DNA of 64,000 nt, from positions 17,313,400-17,377,399 of the forward strand of contig CM082577.2 in assembly GCA_040954595.2 (NCBI GenBank), in the 5' to 3' direction. A model generated the notes under the pieces. The model saw only the letters and a program-made list of their open reading frames with translations, made no database searches and was not told the DNA's origin. Positions 23,101-38,100 of this stretch are shown here, piece by piece. How positions within the stretch are numbered: the stretch's first letter is position 1; each line of letters opens with the position of its first letter. The stretch comes from Balanoglossus misakiensis. Taxonomy: Eukaryota; Animalia; Hemichordata. Both the position numbers and the translations under genes were made by a program.

Positions 23101-26100
23101 GCCGTAGAAAATCTGACTTGATCACCGTTGCTAACGTACGCTAGTGTCTGTCATATTGTGACGGAGATTTAGCCGAGCCAGGCCGTAGAAAAATCGACTT
23201 AATCAACGTTACCAGTGTGCAACTGTTTCTGCTCTAGAGTGTCAGGGTTTAAGCCGACTTATGCTGTAGGAAATCTGAGTTGATGAACGGGAATCCAATG
23301 TTAGAAAACCCGTGTGGAAAGTATCTCTACCCGTTTGAAACTAAGAAAAGAATTTATTCTTATTTATTTTGTAAAAAAGACAATTTTCGAAAAAAAGTCG
23401 AAAATGGTAATTTTGTCTTGGGTGATTCAAATTATACCGCCTTTTCTGGAATTTGCAGCACTTTTTACAAGAGAACGACACTCCATGCTCCATAATATTT
23501 CTGAAAATGAAGAAAAGAGTTAATTTTTTATGATTTTTTAAAAATTTACCATTTTTGTTAAAATATGGCCAAAATGGCTATTTTTTCTTGAATTCCGTCA
23601 ATATCTCTGCATTTTTTGAGTGGTCGAAAGTTTTAACATACAATCAACATGTCATATATGATCAGGGCACCAAATTCGAAGAACAAAGGTTTTTTTATTA
23701 TTTTTTCTAAAAATGACATTTTCAAGGAAAATTTGGTAAAATGCAATTTTGTCTGCAGTGAGCCAAATTAGACGGTCTTTTGTGGAATTTGTATCGATAT
23801 ATACATACGAAGAGCATTCTATACTCCATCAGATTTCCGAAAATGTAGAAAACAGTTATTTTTTGTAATTTTCAAAAATTTACCATTTTGACCAAATTGT
23901 GGCTAAAATTGTTATTTTCGTGTTGAATGCCGCCAGTGTCACTGCTTTTAAAAGTCATAAAAACTTTGAACATACAAGCAATTGTTTATATATGATCAGG
24001 TCACCGAATTAAAAAAATAAAGAATGTTTTGCCTAAAAATGACCTTTTTGGTGCAAAAACGCAATTTTGTATTAAATCAGCTCATTCAGAGTGCATTTTT
24101 TATAATCAGCACCATTTTTACATATAATGGAAATTTCATACATCATCAGATATCCAAATATGAAAAAATGATTTAGATTTTAAATGATTGTCCAAAATTA
24201 GCTGATATCTAATAAATGTAGTATTGAACCGTTCTGTCCCCCCCCCCCCCTACATTATATGCCGTACGCCGATGTCAGCTAACCCGGCAGTACTGCAGGC
24301 CGTGCCCCCAACTAACGTCGGTGTTTGAAACGCCCTGGTTAAATTCGGGCTTTCTCTATAAATTGACAGGCAATAATGCAGTCCTACCCGAACAAATGTC
24401 GAGTGTTGACCCGCTGTGACTTTCCCTCTTCGGTTTGCCCGACTTAGCCAACGTCTTTGTACTAGAGTTTCGGGTCTTTTGCAGAGCCAGGCCGAAGGAA
24501 ATCCGACTTGATCACCGTTGCTAACGAACGCTAGTGTCTGTCATGGTGTGCCGGGGTTTTAGTCGAGCCAGGCCGTAGGAGATCTGACGTGATCATCTTG
24601 GTCAATGTACGCGTGTTTCCGCTCTAAAGTGCCGGGGCTTCAGCTAAACCAGGCCGTAGTAAATCCGACGTAATCACCGTTGATAACTTACGCCAGTCTG
24701 TGTCATATAGAGCCGGTGCACCAGCCGAGTCACGCCGAAGGAAATCTGACTTGATCAACGTGGTCAATGTACGCCTGTTTCTGCTCTAGAGTGCCGGGCT
24801 TCAGCTGAGCCAGGCCGTAGGAAACCCGACGTGATTACCGTTGTTAACTTACGCCAGTCTGTGTCCTATAGTGCCGGGGCATCAGCCGTGCCAGGCCGAA
24901 GGAAATGTGAGTTGATCAACGTGGTCTCTGTACGCGTGTTTCTGCTCTAGAGTGCCTGGGCTTTAGCCAAGCTATGCCGTAGGAAATCTGACTTGATCAA
25001 CGTTGCTACCGAACGCTAGTGTCTGTCATAGTGTGCCGGGGTTTTAGTCGAGCCAAGCCGTAGGAGATCAGACTTGATCAACATGGTCTCTGTACGCGTG
25101 TTTCTGCTCTAGAGTGCCGGGGCTTTATCCAAGCCATGCCGTAGAAAATCTGACTTGATCACCGTTGCTAACGTACGCTAGTGTCTGTCATATTGTGACG
25201 GAGATTTAGCCGAGCCAGGCCGTAGAAAAATCGACTTGTTCAACGTTACCAGTGTGCAACTGTTTCTGCTCTAGAGTGTCAGGGTTTAAGCCGACTTATG
25301 CTGTAGGAAATCCGAGTTGATGAACGGGAATTCAATGTTAGAAAACCCGTGTGGAAAGTATCTCTACCCGTTTGAAACTAAGAAAAGAATTTATTCTTAT
25401 TTATTTTGTAAAAAAGACAATTTTCGAAAAAAAGTCGAAAATGGTAATTTTGTCTTGGGTGATTCAAATTATACCGCCTTTTCTGGAATTTGCAGCAATT
25501 TTTACAAGAGAACGACACTTCATGCTCCATAATATTTCTGAAAATGAAGAAAAGAGTTAATTTTGTATGATTTTTTTAAAAATTTACCATTTTTGTCAAA
25601 ATATGGCCAAAATGGCTATTTTTTCTTGAATTCCGTCAATATCTCTGCATTTTTTGAGTGGTCGAAAGTTTTAACATACAACCAACATGTCATATATGAT
25701 CAGGGCACCAAATTCGAAGAACAAAGTTTTTTTTTTTTTTTCTAAAAATGACATTTTCAAGGAAAATTTGGTAAAACGCAATTTTGTCTGCAGTGAGCCA
25801 AATTAGACGGTCTTTTGTGGAATTTGTATCGATATATACATACGAAGAGCATTCTATACTCCATCAGATTTCCGAAAATGTAGAAAACAGTTATTTTTTG
25901 TAATTTTCAAAAATTTACCATTTTGACCAAATTGTGGCTAAAATTGTTATTTTCGTGTTGAATGCCGCCAGTGTCACTGCTTTTAAAAGTCATAAAAACT
26001 TTGAACATACAAGCAATTGGTTATATATGATCAGGTCACCGAATTAAAAAGATAAAGAATGTTTTGCCTAAAAATGACCTTTTTGGTGCAAAAACGAATA

Positions 26101-29100
26101 AATCGCAATTTTGTATTAAATCAGCTCATTCAGAGTGCATTTTTTATAATCAGCACCATTTTTACATATAATGGAAATTTCATACATCATCAGATATCCA
26201 AATATGAAAAAATGATTTAGATTTTAGATGATTGTCCAAAATTAGCTGATATGTAATAAATATAGTATTAAACCGTTCTGTTTCCCCCCCCCCCTACATT
26301 ATATGCGGTACGCCGATGTCAGCTAACCCGGCAGTACTGCAGGCCGTGCCCCCAACTAACGTCGGTGTTTGAAACGCCCTGGTTAAATTCGGGCTTTCTC
26401 TATAAATTGACAGGCAATAATGCAGTCCTACCCGAACAAATGTCGAGTGTTGACCCGCTGTGACTTTCCCTCTTCGGTTTGCCCGACTTAGCCAACGTCT
26501 TTGTACTAGAGTGTCGGGTCTTTTGCAGAGCCAGGCCGAAGGAAATCCGACTTGATCACCGTTGCTAACGAACGCTAGTGTCTGTCATGGTGTGCCGGGG
26601 TTTTAGTCGAGCCAGGCCGTAGGAGATCTGACTTGATCATCGTGGTCAATGTACGCGTGTTTCCGCTCTAAAGTGCCGGGGCTTCAGCTAAACCAGGCCG
26701 TAGGAAATCCGACGTAATCACCGTTGATAACTTACGCCAGTCTGTGTCATATAGAGCCGGTGCACCAGCCGAGTCACGCCGTAGGAAATCTGACTTGATC
26801 AACGTGGTCAATGTACGCCTGTTTCTGCTCTAGAGTGCCGGGGCTTCAGCTGAGCCAGGCCGTAGGAAACCCGACGTGATTACCGTTGTTAACTTACGCC
26901 AGTCTGTGTCCTATAGTGCCGGGGCATCAGCCGCGCCAGGCCGAAGGAAATGTGAGTTTATCAACGTGGTCTCTGTACGCGTGTTTCTGCTCTAGAGTGC
27001 CTGGGCTTTAGCCAAGCTATGCCGTAGGAAATCTGACTTGATCAACGTTGCTACCGAACGCTAGTGTCTGTCATAGTGTGCCGGGGTTTTAGTCGAGCCA
27101 AGCCGTAGGAGATCAGACTTGATCAACATGGTCTCTGTACGCGTGTTTCTGCTCTAGAGTGCCGGGGCTTTATCCAAGCCATGCCGTAGAAAATCTGACT
27201 TGATCACCGTTGCTAACGTACGCTAGTGTCTGTCATATTGTGACGGAGATTTAGCCGAGCCAGGCCGTAGACAAATCGACTTGTTCAACGTTACCAGTGT
27301 GCAACTGTTTCTGCTCTAGAGTGTCAGGGTTTAAGCCGACTGATGCTGTAGGAAATCTGAGTTGATGAACGGGAATTCAATGTTAGAAAACCCGTGTGGA
27401 AAGTATCTCTACCCGTTTGAAACTAAGAAAAGAATTTATTCTTATTTATTTTGTAAAAAAGACAATTTTTCGAAAAAAAGTCGAAAATGGTAATTTCGTC
27501 TTGGGTGATTCAAATTATACCGCCTTTTCTGGAATTTGCAGCACTTTTTACAAGAGAACGACACTTCATGCTCCATAATATTTCTGAAAATGAAGAAAAG
27601 AGTTAATTTTTTTATGATTTTTTAAAAATTTACCATTTTTGTCAAAATATGGCCAAAATGGCTATTTTTTCTTGAATTCCGTCAATATCTCTGCATTTTT
27701 TGAGTGGTCGAAAGTTTTAACATACAATCAACATGTCATGTATGATCAGGGCACCAAATTCGAAGAACAAAGGTTTTTTTATTATTTTTCCTAAAAATGA
27801 CATTTTTAAGGAAAATTTGGTAAAACGCAATTTTGTCTGCAGTGAGCCAAATTAGACGGTCTTTTGTGGAATTTGTATCGATATATACATACGAAGAGCA
27901 TTCTATACTCCATCAGATTTCCGAAAATGTAGAAAACAGTTATTTTTTGTAATTTTTAAAAATTTACCATTTTGACCAAATTGTGGCTAAAAATGTTATT
28001 TTCGTGTTGAATGCCGCCAGTGTCATTGCTTTTAAAAGTCATAAAAACTTTGAACATACAAGCAATTGTTTATATGTGATCAGGTCACCGAATTAAAAAA
28101 ATAAAGAATGTTTTGCCTAAAAATGACCTTTTTGGTGCAAAAACGAATAAAACGCAATTTTGTATTAAATCAGCTCATTCAGAGTGCATTTTTTATAATC
28201 AGCACCATTTTTACATATAATGGAAATTTCATACATCATCAGATATCCAAATATGAAAAAATGATTTAGATTTTAGATGATTGTCCAAAATTAGCTGATA
28301 TGTAATAAATATAGTATTAAACCGTTCTGTTTCCCCCCCCCCCCCCTACATTATATGCGGTACGCCGATGTCAGCTTACCCGGCAGTACTGCAGGCCGTG
28401 CCCCCAACTAACGTCGGTGTTTGAAACGCCCTGGTTAAATTCGGGCTTTCTCTATAAATTGACAGGCAATAATGCAGTCCTACCCGAACAAATGTCGAGT
28501 GTTGACCCGCTGTGACTTTCCCTCTTCGGTTTGCCCGACTTAGCCAACGTCTTTGTACTAGAGTGTCGGGTCTTTTGCAGAGCCAGGCCGAAGGAAATCC
28601 GACTTGATCACCGTTGCTAACGAACGCTAGTGTCTGTCATGGTGTGCCGGGGTTTTAGTCGAGCCAGGCCGTAGGAGATCTGACTTGATCATCGTGGTCA
28701 ATGTACGCGTGTTTCCGCTCTAAAGTGCCGGGGCTTCAGCTAAACCAGGCCGTAGGAAATCCGACGTAATCACCGTTGATAACTTACGCCAGTCTGTGTC
28801 ATATAGAGCCGGTGCACCAGCCGAGTCACGCCGTAGGAAATCTGACTTGATCAACGTGGTCAATGTACGCCTGTTTCTGCTCTAGAGTGCCGGGGCTTCA
28901 GCTGAGCCAGGCCGTAGGAAACCCGACGTGATTACCGTTGTTAACTTACGCCAGTCTGTGTCCTATAGTGCCGGGGCATCAGCCGTGCCAGGCCGAAGGA
29001 AATGTGAGTTGATCAACGTGGTCTCTGTACGCGTGTTTCTGCTCTAGAGTGCCTGGGCTTTAGCCAAGCTATGCCGTAGGAAATCTGACTTGATCAACGT

Positions 29101-32100
29101 TGCTACCGAACGCTAGTGTCTGTCATAGTGTGCCGGGGTTTTAGTCGAGCCAAGCCGTAGGAGATCAGACTTGATCAACATGGTCTCTGTACGCGTGTTT
29201 CTGCTCTAGAGTGCCGGGGCTTTATCCAAGCCATGCCGTAGAAAATCTGACTTGATCACCGTTGCTAACGTACGCTAGTGTCTGTCATATTGTGACGGAG
29301 ATTTAGCCGAGCCAGGCCGTAGAAAAATCGACTTGTTCAACGTTACCAGTGTGCAACTGTTTCTGCTCTAGAGTGTCAGGGTTTAAGCCGACTTATGCTG
29401 TAGGAAATCTGAGTTGATGAACGGGAATCCAATGTTAGAAAACCCGTGTGGAAAGTATCTCTACCCGTTTGAAACTAAGAAAAGAATTTATTCTTATTTA
29501 TTTTGTAAAAAAGACAATTTTTCGAAAAAAAAAGTCGAAAATGGTAATTCTGTCTTGGGTGATTCAAATTATACCGCCTTTTCTGGAATTTGCAGCACTT
29601 TTTACAAGAGAACGACACTCCATGCTCCATAATATTTCTGAAAATGAAGAAAAGAGTTAATTTTTTATGATTTTTTTAAAAATTTACCATTTTTGTTAAA
29701 ATATGGCCAAAATGGCTATTTTTTCTTGAATTCCGTCAATATCTCTGCCTTTTTTGAGTGGTCGAAAGTTTTAACATACAATCAACATGTCATATATGAT
29801 CAGGGCACCAAATTCGAAGAACAAAGGTTTTTTTATTATTTTTTAAAAAAATGACATTTTCAAAGAAAATTTGGTAAAATGCAATTTTGTCTGCAGTGAG
29901 CCAAATTAGACGGTCTTTTGTGGAATTTGTATTGATATATACATACGAAGAGCATTCTATACTCCATCAGATTTCCGAAAATGTAGAAAACAGTTATTAT
30001 TTGTAATTTTCAAAAATTTACCATTTTGACCAAATTGTGGCTAAAATTGTTATTTTCGTGTTGAATGCCGCCAGTGTCACTGCTTTTAAAAGTCATAAAA
30101 ACTTTGAACATACAAGCAATTGTTTATATATGATCAGGTCACCGAATTAAAAAAAATAAAGAATGTTTTGCCTAAAAATGACCTTTTTGGTGCAAAAACG
30201 CAATTTTGTATTAAATCAGCTCATTCAGAGTGCATTTTTTATAATCAGCACCATTTTTACATATAATGGAAATTTCATACATCATCAGATATCCAAATAT
30301 GAAAAAATGATTTAGATTTTAAATGATTGTCCAAAATTAGCTGATATCTAATAAATGTAGTATTGAACCGTTCTGTCCCCCCCCCCTACATTATATGCCG
30401 TACGCCGATGTCAGCTTACCCGGCAGTACTGCAGGCCGTGCCCCCAACTAACGTCGGTGTTTGTAACGCCCTGGTTAAATTCGGGCTTTCTCTATAAATT
30501 GACAGGCGATAATGCAGTCCTACCCGAACAAATGTCGAGTGTTGACCCGCTGTGACTTTCCCTCTTCGGTTTGCCCGACTTAGCCAACGTCTTTGTACTA
30601 GAGTGTCGGGTCTTTTGCAGAGCCAGGCCGAAGGAAATCCGACTTGATCACCGTTGCTAACGAACGCTAGTGTCTGTCATGGTGTGCCGGGGTTTTAGTC
30701 GAGCCAGGCCGTAGGAGATCTGACGTGATCATCGTGGTCAATGTACGCGTGTTTCCGCTCTAAAGTGCCGGGGCTTCAGCTAATCCAGGCCGTAGGAAAT
30801 CCGACGTAATCACCGTTGATAACTTACGCCAGTCTGTGTCATATAGAGCCGGTGCACCAGCCGAGTCACGCCGTAGGAAATCTGACTTGATCAACGTAGT
30901 CAATGTACGCCTGTTTCTGCTCTAGAGTGCCGGGGCTTCAGCTGAGCCAGGCCGTAGGAAACCCGACGTGATTACCGTTGTTAACTTACGCCAGTCTGTG
31001 TCCTATAGTGCCGGGGCATCAGCCGTGCCAGGCCGAAGGAAATGTGAGTTGATCAACGTGGTCTCTGTACGCGTGTTTCTGCTCTAGAGTGCCTGGGCTT
31101 TAGCCAAGCTATGCCGTAGGAAATCTGACTTGATCAACGTTGCTACCGAACGCTAGTGTCTGTCATAGTGTGCCGGGGTTTTAGTCGAGCCAAGCCGTAG
31201 GAGATCAGACTTGATCAACATGGTCTCTGTACGCGTGTTTCTGCTCTAGAGTGCCGGGGCTTTATCCAAGCCATGCCGTAGAAAATCTGACTTGATCACC
31301 GTTGCTAACGTACGCTAGTGTCTGTCATATTGTGACGGAGATTTAGCCGAGCCAGGCCGTAGAAAAATCGACTTGTTCAACGTTACCAGTGTGCAACTGT
31401 TTCTGCTCTAGAGTGTCAGGGTTTAAGCCGACTTATGCTGTAGGAAATCTGAGTTGATGAACGGGAATCCAATGTTAGAAAACCCGTGTGGAAAGTATCT
31501 CTACCCGTTTGAAACTAAGAAAAGAATGTATTCTTATTTATTTTGTAAAAAAGACAATTTTTCGCAAAAAAGTCAAAAATGGTAATTTTGTCTTGGGTGA
31601 TTCAAATTTTACCGCCTTTTCTGGAATTTGCAGCACTTTTTACAAGAGAACGACACTTCATGCTCCATAATATTTCTGAAAATGAAGAAAAGAGTTAATT
31701 TTTTATGATTTTTTTTAAAAATTTACCATTTTTGTCAAAATATGGCCAAAATGGCTATTTTTTCTTGAATTCCGTCAATATCTCTGCATTTTTTGAGTGG
31801 TCGAAAGTTTTAACATACAACCAACATGTCATATATGATCAGGGCACCAAATTCGAAGAACAAATTTTTTTTTTTTTTTTCTAAAAATGACATTTTCAAG
31901 GAAAATTTGGTAAAACGCAATTTTGTCTGCAGTGAGCCAAATTAGACGGTCTTTTGTGGAATTTGTATCGATATATACATACGAAGAGCATTCTATACTC
32001 CATCAGATTTCCGAAAATGTAGAAAACAGTTATTTTTTGTAATTTTCAAAAAATTACCATTTTGACCAAATTGTGGCTAAAATTGTTATTTTCGTGTTGA

Positions 32101-35100
32101 ATGCCGCCAGTGTCACTGCTTTTAAAAGTCATAAAAACTTTGAACATACAAGCAATTGGTTATATATGATCAGGTCACCGAATTAAAAAAATAAAGAATG
32201 TTTTGCCTAAAAATGACCTTTTTGGTGCAAAAACGCAATTTTGTATTAAATCAGCTCATTCAGAGTGCATTTTTTATAATCAGCACCATTTTTACATATA
32301 ATGGAAATTTCATACATCATCAGATATCCAAATATGAAAAAATGATTTAGATTTTAGATGATTGTCCAAAATTAGCTGATATCTAATAAATGTAGTATTG
32401 AACCGTTCTGTTCCCCCCCCCCCCCCTACATTATATGCGGTACGCCGATGTCAGCTTACCCGGCAGTACTGCAGGCCGTGCCCCCAACTAACGTCGGTGT
32501 TTGAAACGCCCTGGTTAAATTCGGGCTTTCTCTATAAATTGACAGGCAATAATGCAGTCCTACCCGAACAAATGTCGAGTGTTGACCCGCTGTGACTTTC
32601 CCTCTTCGGTTTGCCCGACTTAGCCACCGTCTTTGTACTAGAGTGTCGGGTCTTTTGCAGAGCCAGGCCGAAGGAAATCCGACTTGATCACCGTTGCTAA
32701 CGAACGCTAGTGTCTGTCATGGTGTGCCGGGGTTTTAGTCGAGCCAGGCCGTAGGAGATCTGACTTGATCATCGTGGTCAATGTACGCGTGTTTCCGCTC
32801 TAAAGTGCCGGGGCTTCAGCTAAACCAGGCCGTAGGAAATCCGACGTAATCACCGTTGATAACTTACGCCAGTCTGTGTCATATAGAGCCGGTGCACCAG
32901 CCGAGTCACGCCGTAGGAAATCTGACTTGATCAACGTGGTCATTGTACGCCTGTTTCTGCTCTAGAGTGCCGGGGCTTCAGCTGAGCCAGGCCGTAGGAA
33001 ACCCGACGTGATTACCGTAGTTAACTTACGCGAGTCTGTGTCCTATAGTGCCGGGGCATCAGCCGTGCCAGGCCGAAGGAAATGTGAGTTGATCAACGTG
33101 GTCTCTGTACGCGTGTTTCTGCTCTAGAGTGCCTGGGCTTTAGCCAAGCTATGCCGTAGGAAATCTGACTTGATCAACGTTGCTACCGAACGCTAGTGTC
33201 TGTCATAGTGTGCCGGGGTTTTAGTCGAGCCAAGCCGTAGGAGATCAGACTTGATCAACATGGTCTCTGTACGCGTGTTTCTGCTCTAGAGTGCCGGGGC
33301 TTTATCCAAGCCATGCCGTAGAAAATCTGACTTGATCACCGTTGCTAACGTACGCTAGTGTCTGTCATATTGTGACGGAGATTTAGCCGAGCCAGGCCGT
33401 AGAAAAATCGACTTGTTCAACGTTACCAGTGTGCAACTGTTTCTGCTCTAGAGTGTCAGGGTTTAAGCCGACTTATTCTGTAGGAAATCTGAGTTGATGA
33501 ACGGGAATCCATTGTTAGAAAACCCGTGTGGAAAGTATCTCTACCCGTTTGAAACTAAGAAAAGAATTTATTCTTATTTATTTTGTAAAAAAGACAATTT
33601 TTCGAAAAAAAGTCGAAAATGGTAATTTTGTCTTGGGTGATTCAAATTATACCGCCTTTTCTGGAATTTGCAGCACTTTTTACAAGAGAACGACACTCCA
33701 TGCTCCATAATATTTCTGAAAATGAAGAAAAGAGTTAATTTTTTATGATTTTTTAAAAATTTACCATTTTTGTTAAAATATGGCCAAAATGGCTATTTTT
33801 TCTTGAATTCCGTCAATATCTCTGCATTTTTTGAGTGGTCGAAAGTTTTAACATACAATCAACATGTCATATATGATCAGGGCACCAAATTCGAAGAACA
33901 AAGGTTTTTTTATTATTTTTTCTAAAAATTACATTTTCAAGGAAAATTTGGTAAAATGCAATTTTGTCTGCAGTGAGCCAAATTAGACGGTCTTTTGTGG
34001 AATTTGTATCGATATATACATACGAAGAGCATTCTATACTCCATCAGATTTCCGAAAATGTAGAAAACAGTTATTTTTTGTAATTTTCAAAAATTTACCA
34101 TTTTGACCAAATTGTGGCTAAAATTGTTATTTTCGTGTTGAATGCCGCCAGTGTCACTGCTTTTAAAAGTCATAAAACCTTTGAACATACAAGCAATTGT
34201 TTATATATGATCAGGTCACCGAATTAAAAAAATAAAGAATGTTTTGCCTAAAAATGACCTTTTTGGTGCAAAAACGCAATTTTGTATTAAATCAGCTCAT
34301 TCAGAGTGCATGTTTTATAATCAGCACCATTTTTACATATAATGGAAATTTCATACATCATCAGATATCCAAATATGAAAAAATGATTTAGATTTTAGAT
34401 GATTGTCCAAAATTAGCTGATATGTAATAAATGTAGTATTGAACCGTTCTGTTCCCCCCCCCCCCCTACATTATATGCCGTACGCCGATGTCAGCTAACC
34501 CGGCAGTACTGCAGGCCGTGCCCCCAACTAACGTCGGTGTTTGAAACGCCCTGGTTAAATTCGGGCTTTCTCTATAAATTGACAGGCAATAATGCAGTCC
34601 TACCCGAACAAATGTCGAGTGTTGACCCGCTGTGACTTTCCCTCTTCGGTTTGCCCGACTTAGCCAACGTCTTTGTACTAGAGTGTCGGGTTTTTTGCAG
34701 AGCCAGGCCGAAGGAAATCCGACTTGATCACCGTTGCTAACGAACGCTAGTGTCTGTCATGGTGTGCCGGGGTTTTAGTCGAGCCAGGCCGTAGGAGATC
34801 TGACTTGATCATCGTGGTCAATGTACGCGTGTTTCCGCTCTAAAGTGCCGGGGCTTCAGCTAAACCAGGCCGTAGGAAATCCGACGTAATCACCGTTGAT
34901 AACTTACGCCAGTCTGTGTCATATAGAGCCGGTGCACCAGCCGAGTCACGCCGTAGGAAATCTGACTTGATCAACGTGGTCAATGTACGCCTGTTTCTGC
35001 TCTAGAGTGCCGGGGCTTCAGCTGAGCCAGGCCGTAGGAAACCCGACGTGATTACCGTTGTTAACTTACGCCAGTCTGTGTCCTATAGTGCCGGGGCATC

Positions 35101-38100
35101 AGCCGTGCCAGGCCTAAGGAAATGTGAGTTGATCAACGTGGTCTCTGTACGCGTGTTTCTGCTCTAGAGTGCCTGGGCTTTAGCCAAGCTATGCCGTAGG
35201 AAATCTGACTTGATCAACGTTGCTACCGAACGCTAGTGTCTGTCATAGTGTGCCGGGGTTTTAGTCGAGCCAAGCCGTAGGAGATCAGACTTGATCAACA
35301 TGGTCTCTGTACGCGTGTTTCTGCTCTAGAGTGCCGGGGCTTTATCCAAGCCATGCCGTAGAAAATCTGACTTGATCACCGTTGCTAACGTACGCTAGTG
35401 TCTGTCATATTGTGACGGAGATTTAGCCGAGCCAGGCCATAGAAAAATCGACTTGTTCAACGTTACCAGTGTGCAACTGTTTCTGCTCTAGAGTGTCAGG
35501 GTTTAAGCCGACTTATGCTGTAGGAAATCTGAGTTGATGAACGGTAATTCAATGTTAGAAAACCCGTGTGGAAAGTTTCTCTACCCGTTTGAAACTAAGA
35601 AAAGAATTTATTCTTATTTATTTTGTAAAAAAAGACAATTTTCCGAAAAAAAAGTCGAAAATGGTAATTTTGTCTTGGGTGATTCAAATTATACCGCCTT
35701 TTCTGGAATTTGCAGCACTTTTAACAAGAGAACGACACTCCATGCTCCATAATATTTTCTGAAAATGAAGAAAAGAGTTAATTTTTTATGATTTTTTAAA
35801 AATTTACAATTTTTGTCAAAATATGGCCAAAATGGCTATTTTTTCTTGAATTCCGTCAATATCTCTGCATTTTTTGAGTGGTCGAAAGTTTTAACATACA
35901 ATCAACATGTCATATATGATCAGGGCACCAAATTCGAAGAACAAAGGTTTTTTTATTATTTTTTCTAAAAATGACATTTTCAAGGAAAATTTGGTAAAAC
36001 GCAATTTTGTCTGCAGTGAGCCAAATTAGACGGTCTTTTGTGGAATTTGTATCGATATATACATACGAAGAGCATTCTATACTCCATCAGATTTCCGAAA
36101 ATGTAGAAAACAGTTATTTTTTGTAATTTTCAAAAAATTACCATTTTGACCAAATTGTGGCTAAAATTGTTATTTTCGTGTTGAATGCCGCCAGTGTCAC
36201 TGCTTTTAAAAGTCATAAAACCTTTGAACATACAAGCAATTGTTTATATATGATCAGGTCACCGAATTAAAAAAATAAAGAATGTTTTGCCTAAAAATGG
36301 CCTTTTTGGTGCAAAAACGCAATTTTGTATTAAATCAGCTCATTCAGAGTGCATGTTTTATAATCAGCACCATTTTTACATATAATGGAAATTTCATACA
36401 TCATCAGATATCCAAATATGAAAAAATGATTTAGATTTTAGATGATTGTCCAAAATTAGCTGATATGTAATAAATGTAGTATTGAACCGTTCTGTTCCCC
36501 CCCCCCCTACATTATATGCCGTACGCCGATGTCAGCTAACCCGGCAGTACTGCAGGCCGTGCCCCCAACTAACGTCGGTGTTTGAAACGCCCTGGTTAAA
36601 TTCGGGCTTTCTCTATAAATTGACAGGCAATAATGCAGTCCTACCCGAACAAATGTCGAGTGTTGACCCGCTGTGACTTTCCCTCTTCGGTTTGCCCGAC
36701 TTAGCCAACGTCTTTGTACTAGAGTGTCGGGTCTTTTGCAGAGCCAGGCCGAAGGAAATCCGACTTGATCACCGTTGCTAACGAACGCTAGTGTCTGTCA
36801 TGGTGTGCCGGGGTTTTAGTCGAGCCAGGCCGTAGGAGATCTGACTTGATCATCGTGGTCAATGTACGCGTGTTTCCGCTCTAAAGTGCCGGGGCTTCAG
36901 CTAAACCAGGCCGTAGGAAATCCGACGTAATCACCGTTGATAACTTACGCCAGTCTGTGTCATATAGAGCCGGTGCACCAGCCGAGTCACGCCGTAGGAA
37001 ATCTGACTTGATCAACGTGGTCAATGTACGCCTGTTACTGCTCTAGAGTGCCGGGGCTTCAGCTGAGCCAGGCCGTAGGAAACCCGACGTGATTACCGTA
37101 GTTAACTTACGCGAGTCTGTGTCCTATAGTGCCGGGGCATCAGCCGTGCCAGGCCGAAGGAAATGTGAGTTGATCAACGTGGTCTCTGTACGCGTGTTTC
37201 TGCTCTAGAGTGCCTGGGCTTTAGCCAAGCTATGCCGTAGGAAATCTGACTTGATCAACGTTGCTACCGAACGCTAGTGTCTGTCATAGTGTGCCGGGGT
37301 TTTAGTCGAGCCAAGCCGTAGGAGATCAGACTTGATCAACATGGTCTCTGTACGCGTGTTTCTGCTCTAGAGTGCCGGGGCTTTATCCAAGCCATGCCGT
37401 AGAAAATCTGACTTGATCACCGTTGCTAACGTACGCTAGTGTCTGTCATATTGTGACGGAGATTTAGCCGAGCCAGGCCGTAGAAAAATCGACTTGTTCA
37501 ACGTTACCAGTGTGCAACTGTTTCTGCTCTAGAGTGTCAGGGTTTAAGCCGACTTATTCTGTAGGAAATCTGAGTTGATGAACGGGAATCCAATGTTAGA
37601 AAACCCGTGTGGAAAGTATCTCTACCCGTTTGAAACTAAGAAAAGAATTTATTCTTATTTATTTTGTAAAAAAGACAATTTTTCGAAAAAAAGTCGAAAA
37701 TGGTAATTTTGTCTTGGGTGATTCAAATTATACCGCCTTTTCTGGAATTTGCAGCACTTTTTACAAGAGAACGACACTCCATGCTCCATAATATTTCTGA
37801 AAATGAAGAAAAGAGTTAATTTTTTATGATTTTTTAAAAATTTACCATTTTTGTTAAAATATGGCCAAAATGGCTATTTTTTCTTGAATTCCGTCAATAT
37901 CTCTGCATTTTTTGAGTGGTCGAAAGTTTTAACATACAATCAACATGTCATATATGATCAGGGCACCAAATTCGAAGAACAAAGGTTTTTTTATTATTTT
38001 TTCTAAAAATTACATTTTCAAGGAAAATTTGGTAAAATGCAATTTTGTCTGCAGTGAGCCAAATTAGACGGTCTTTTGTGGAATTTGTATCGATATATAC

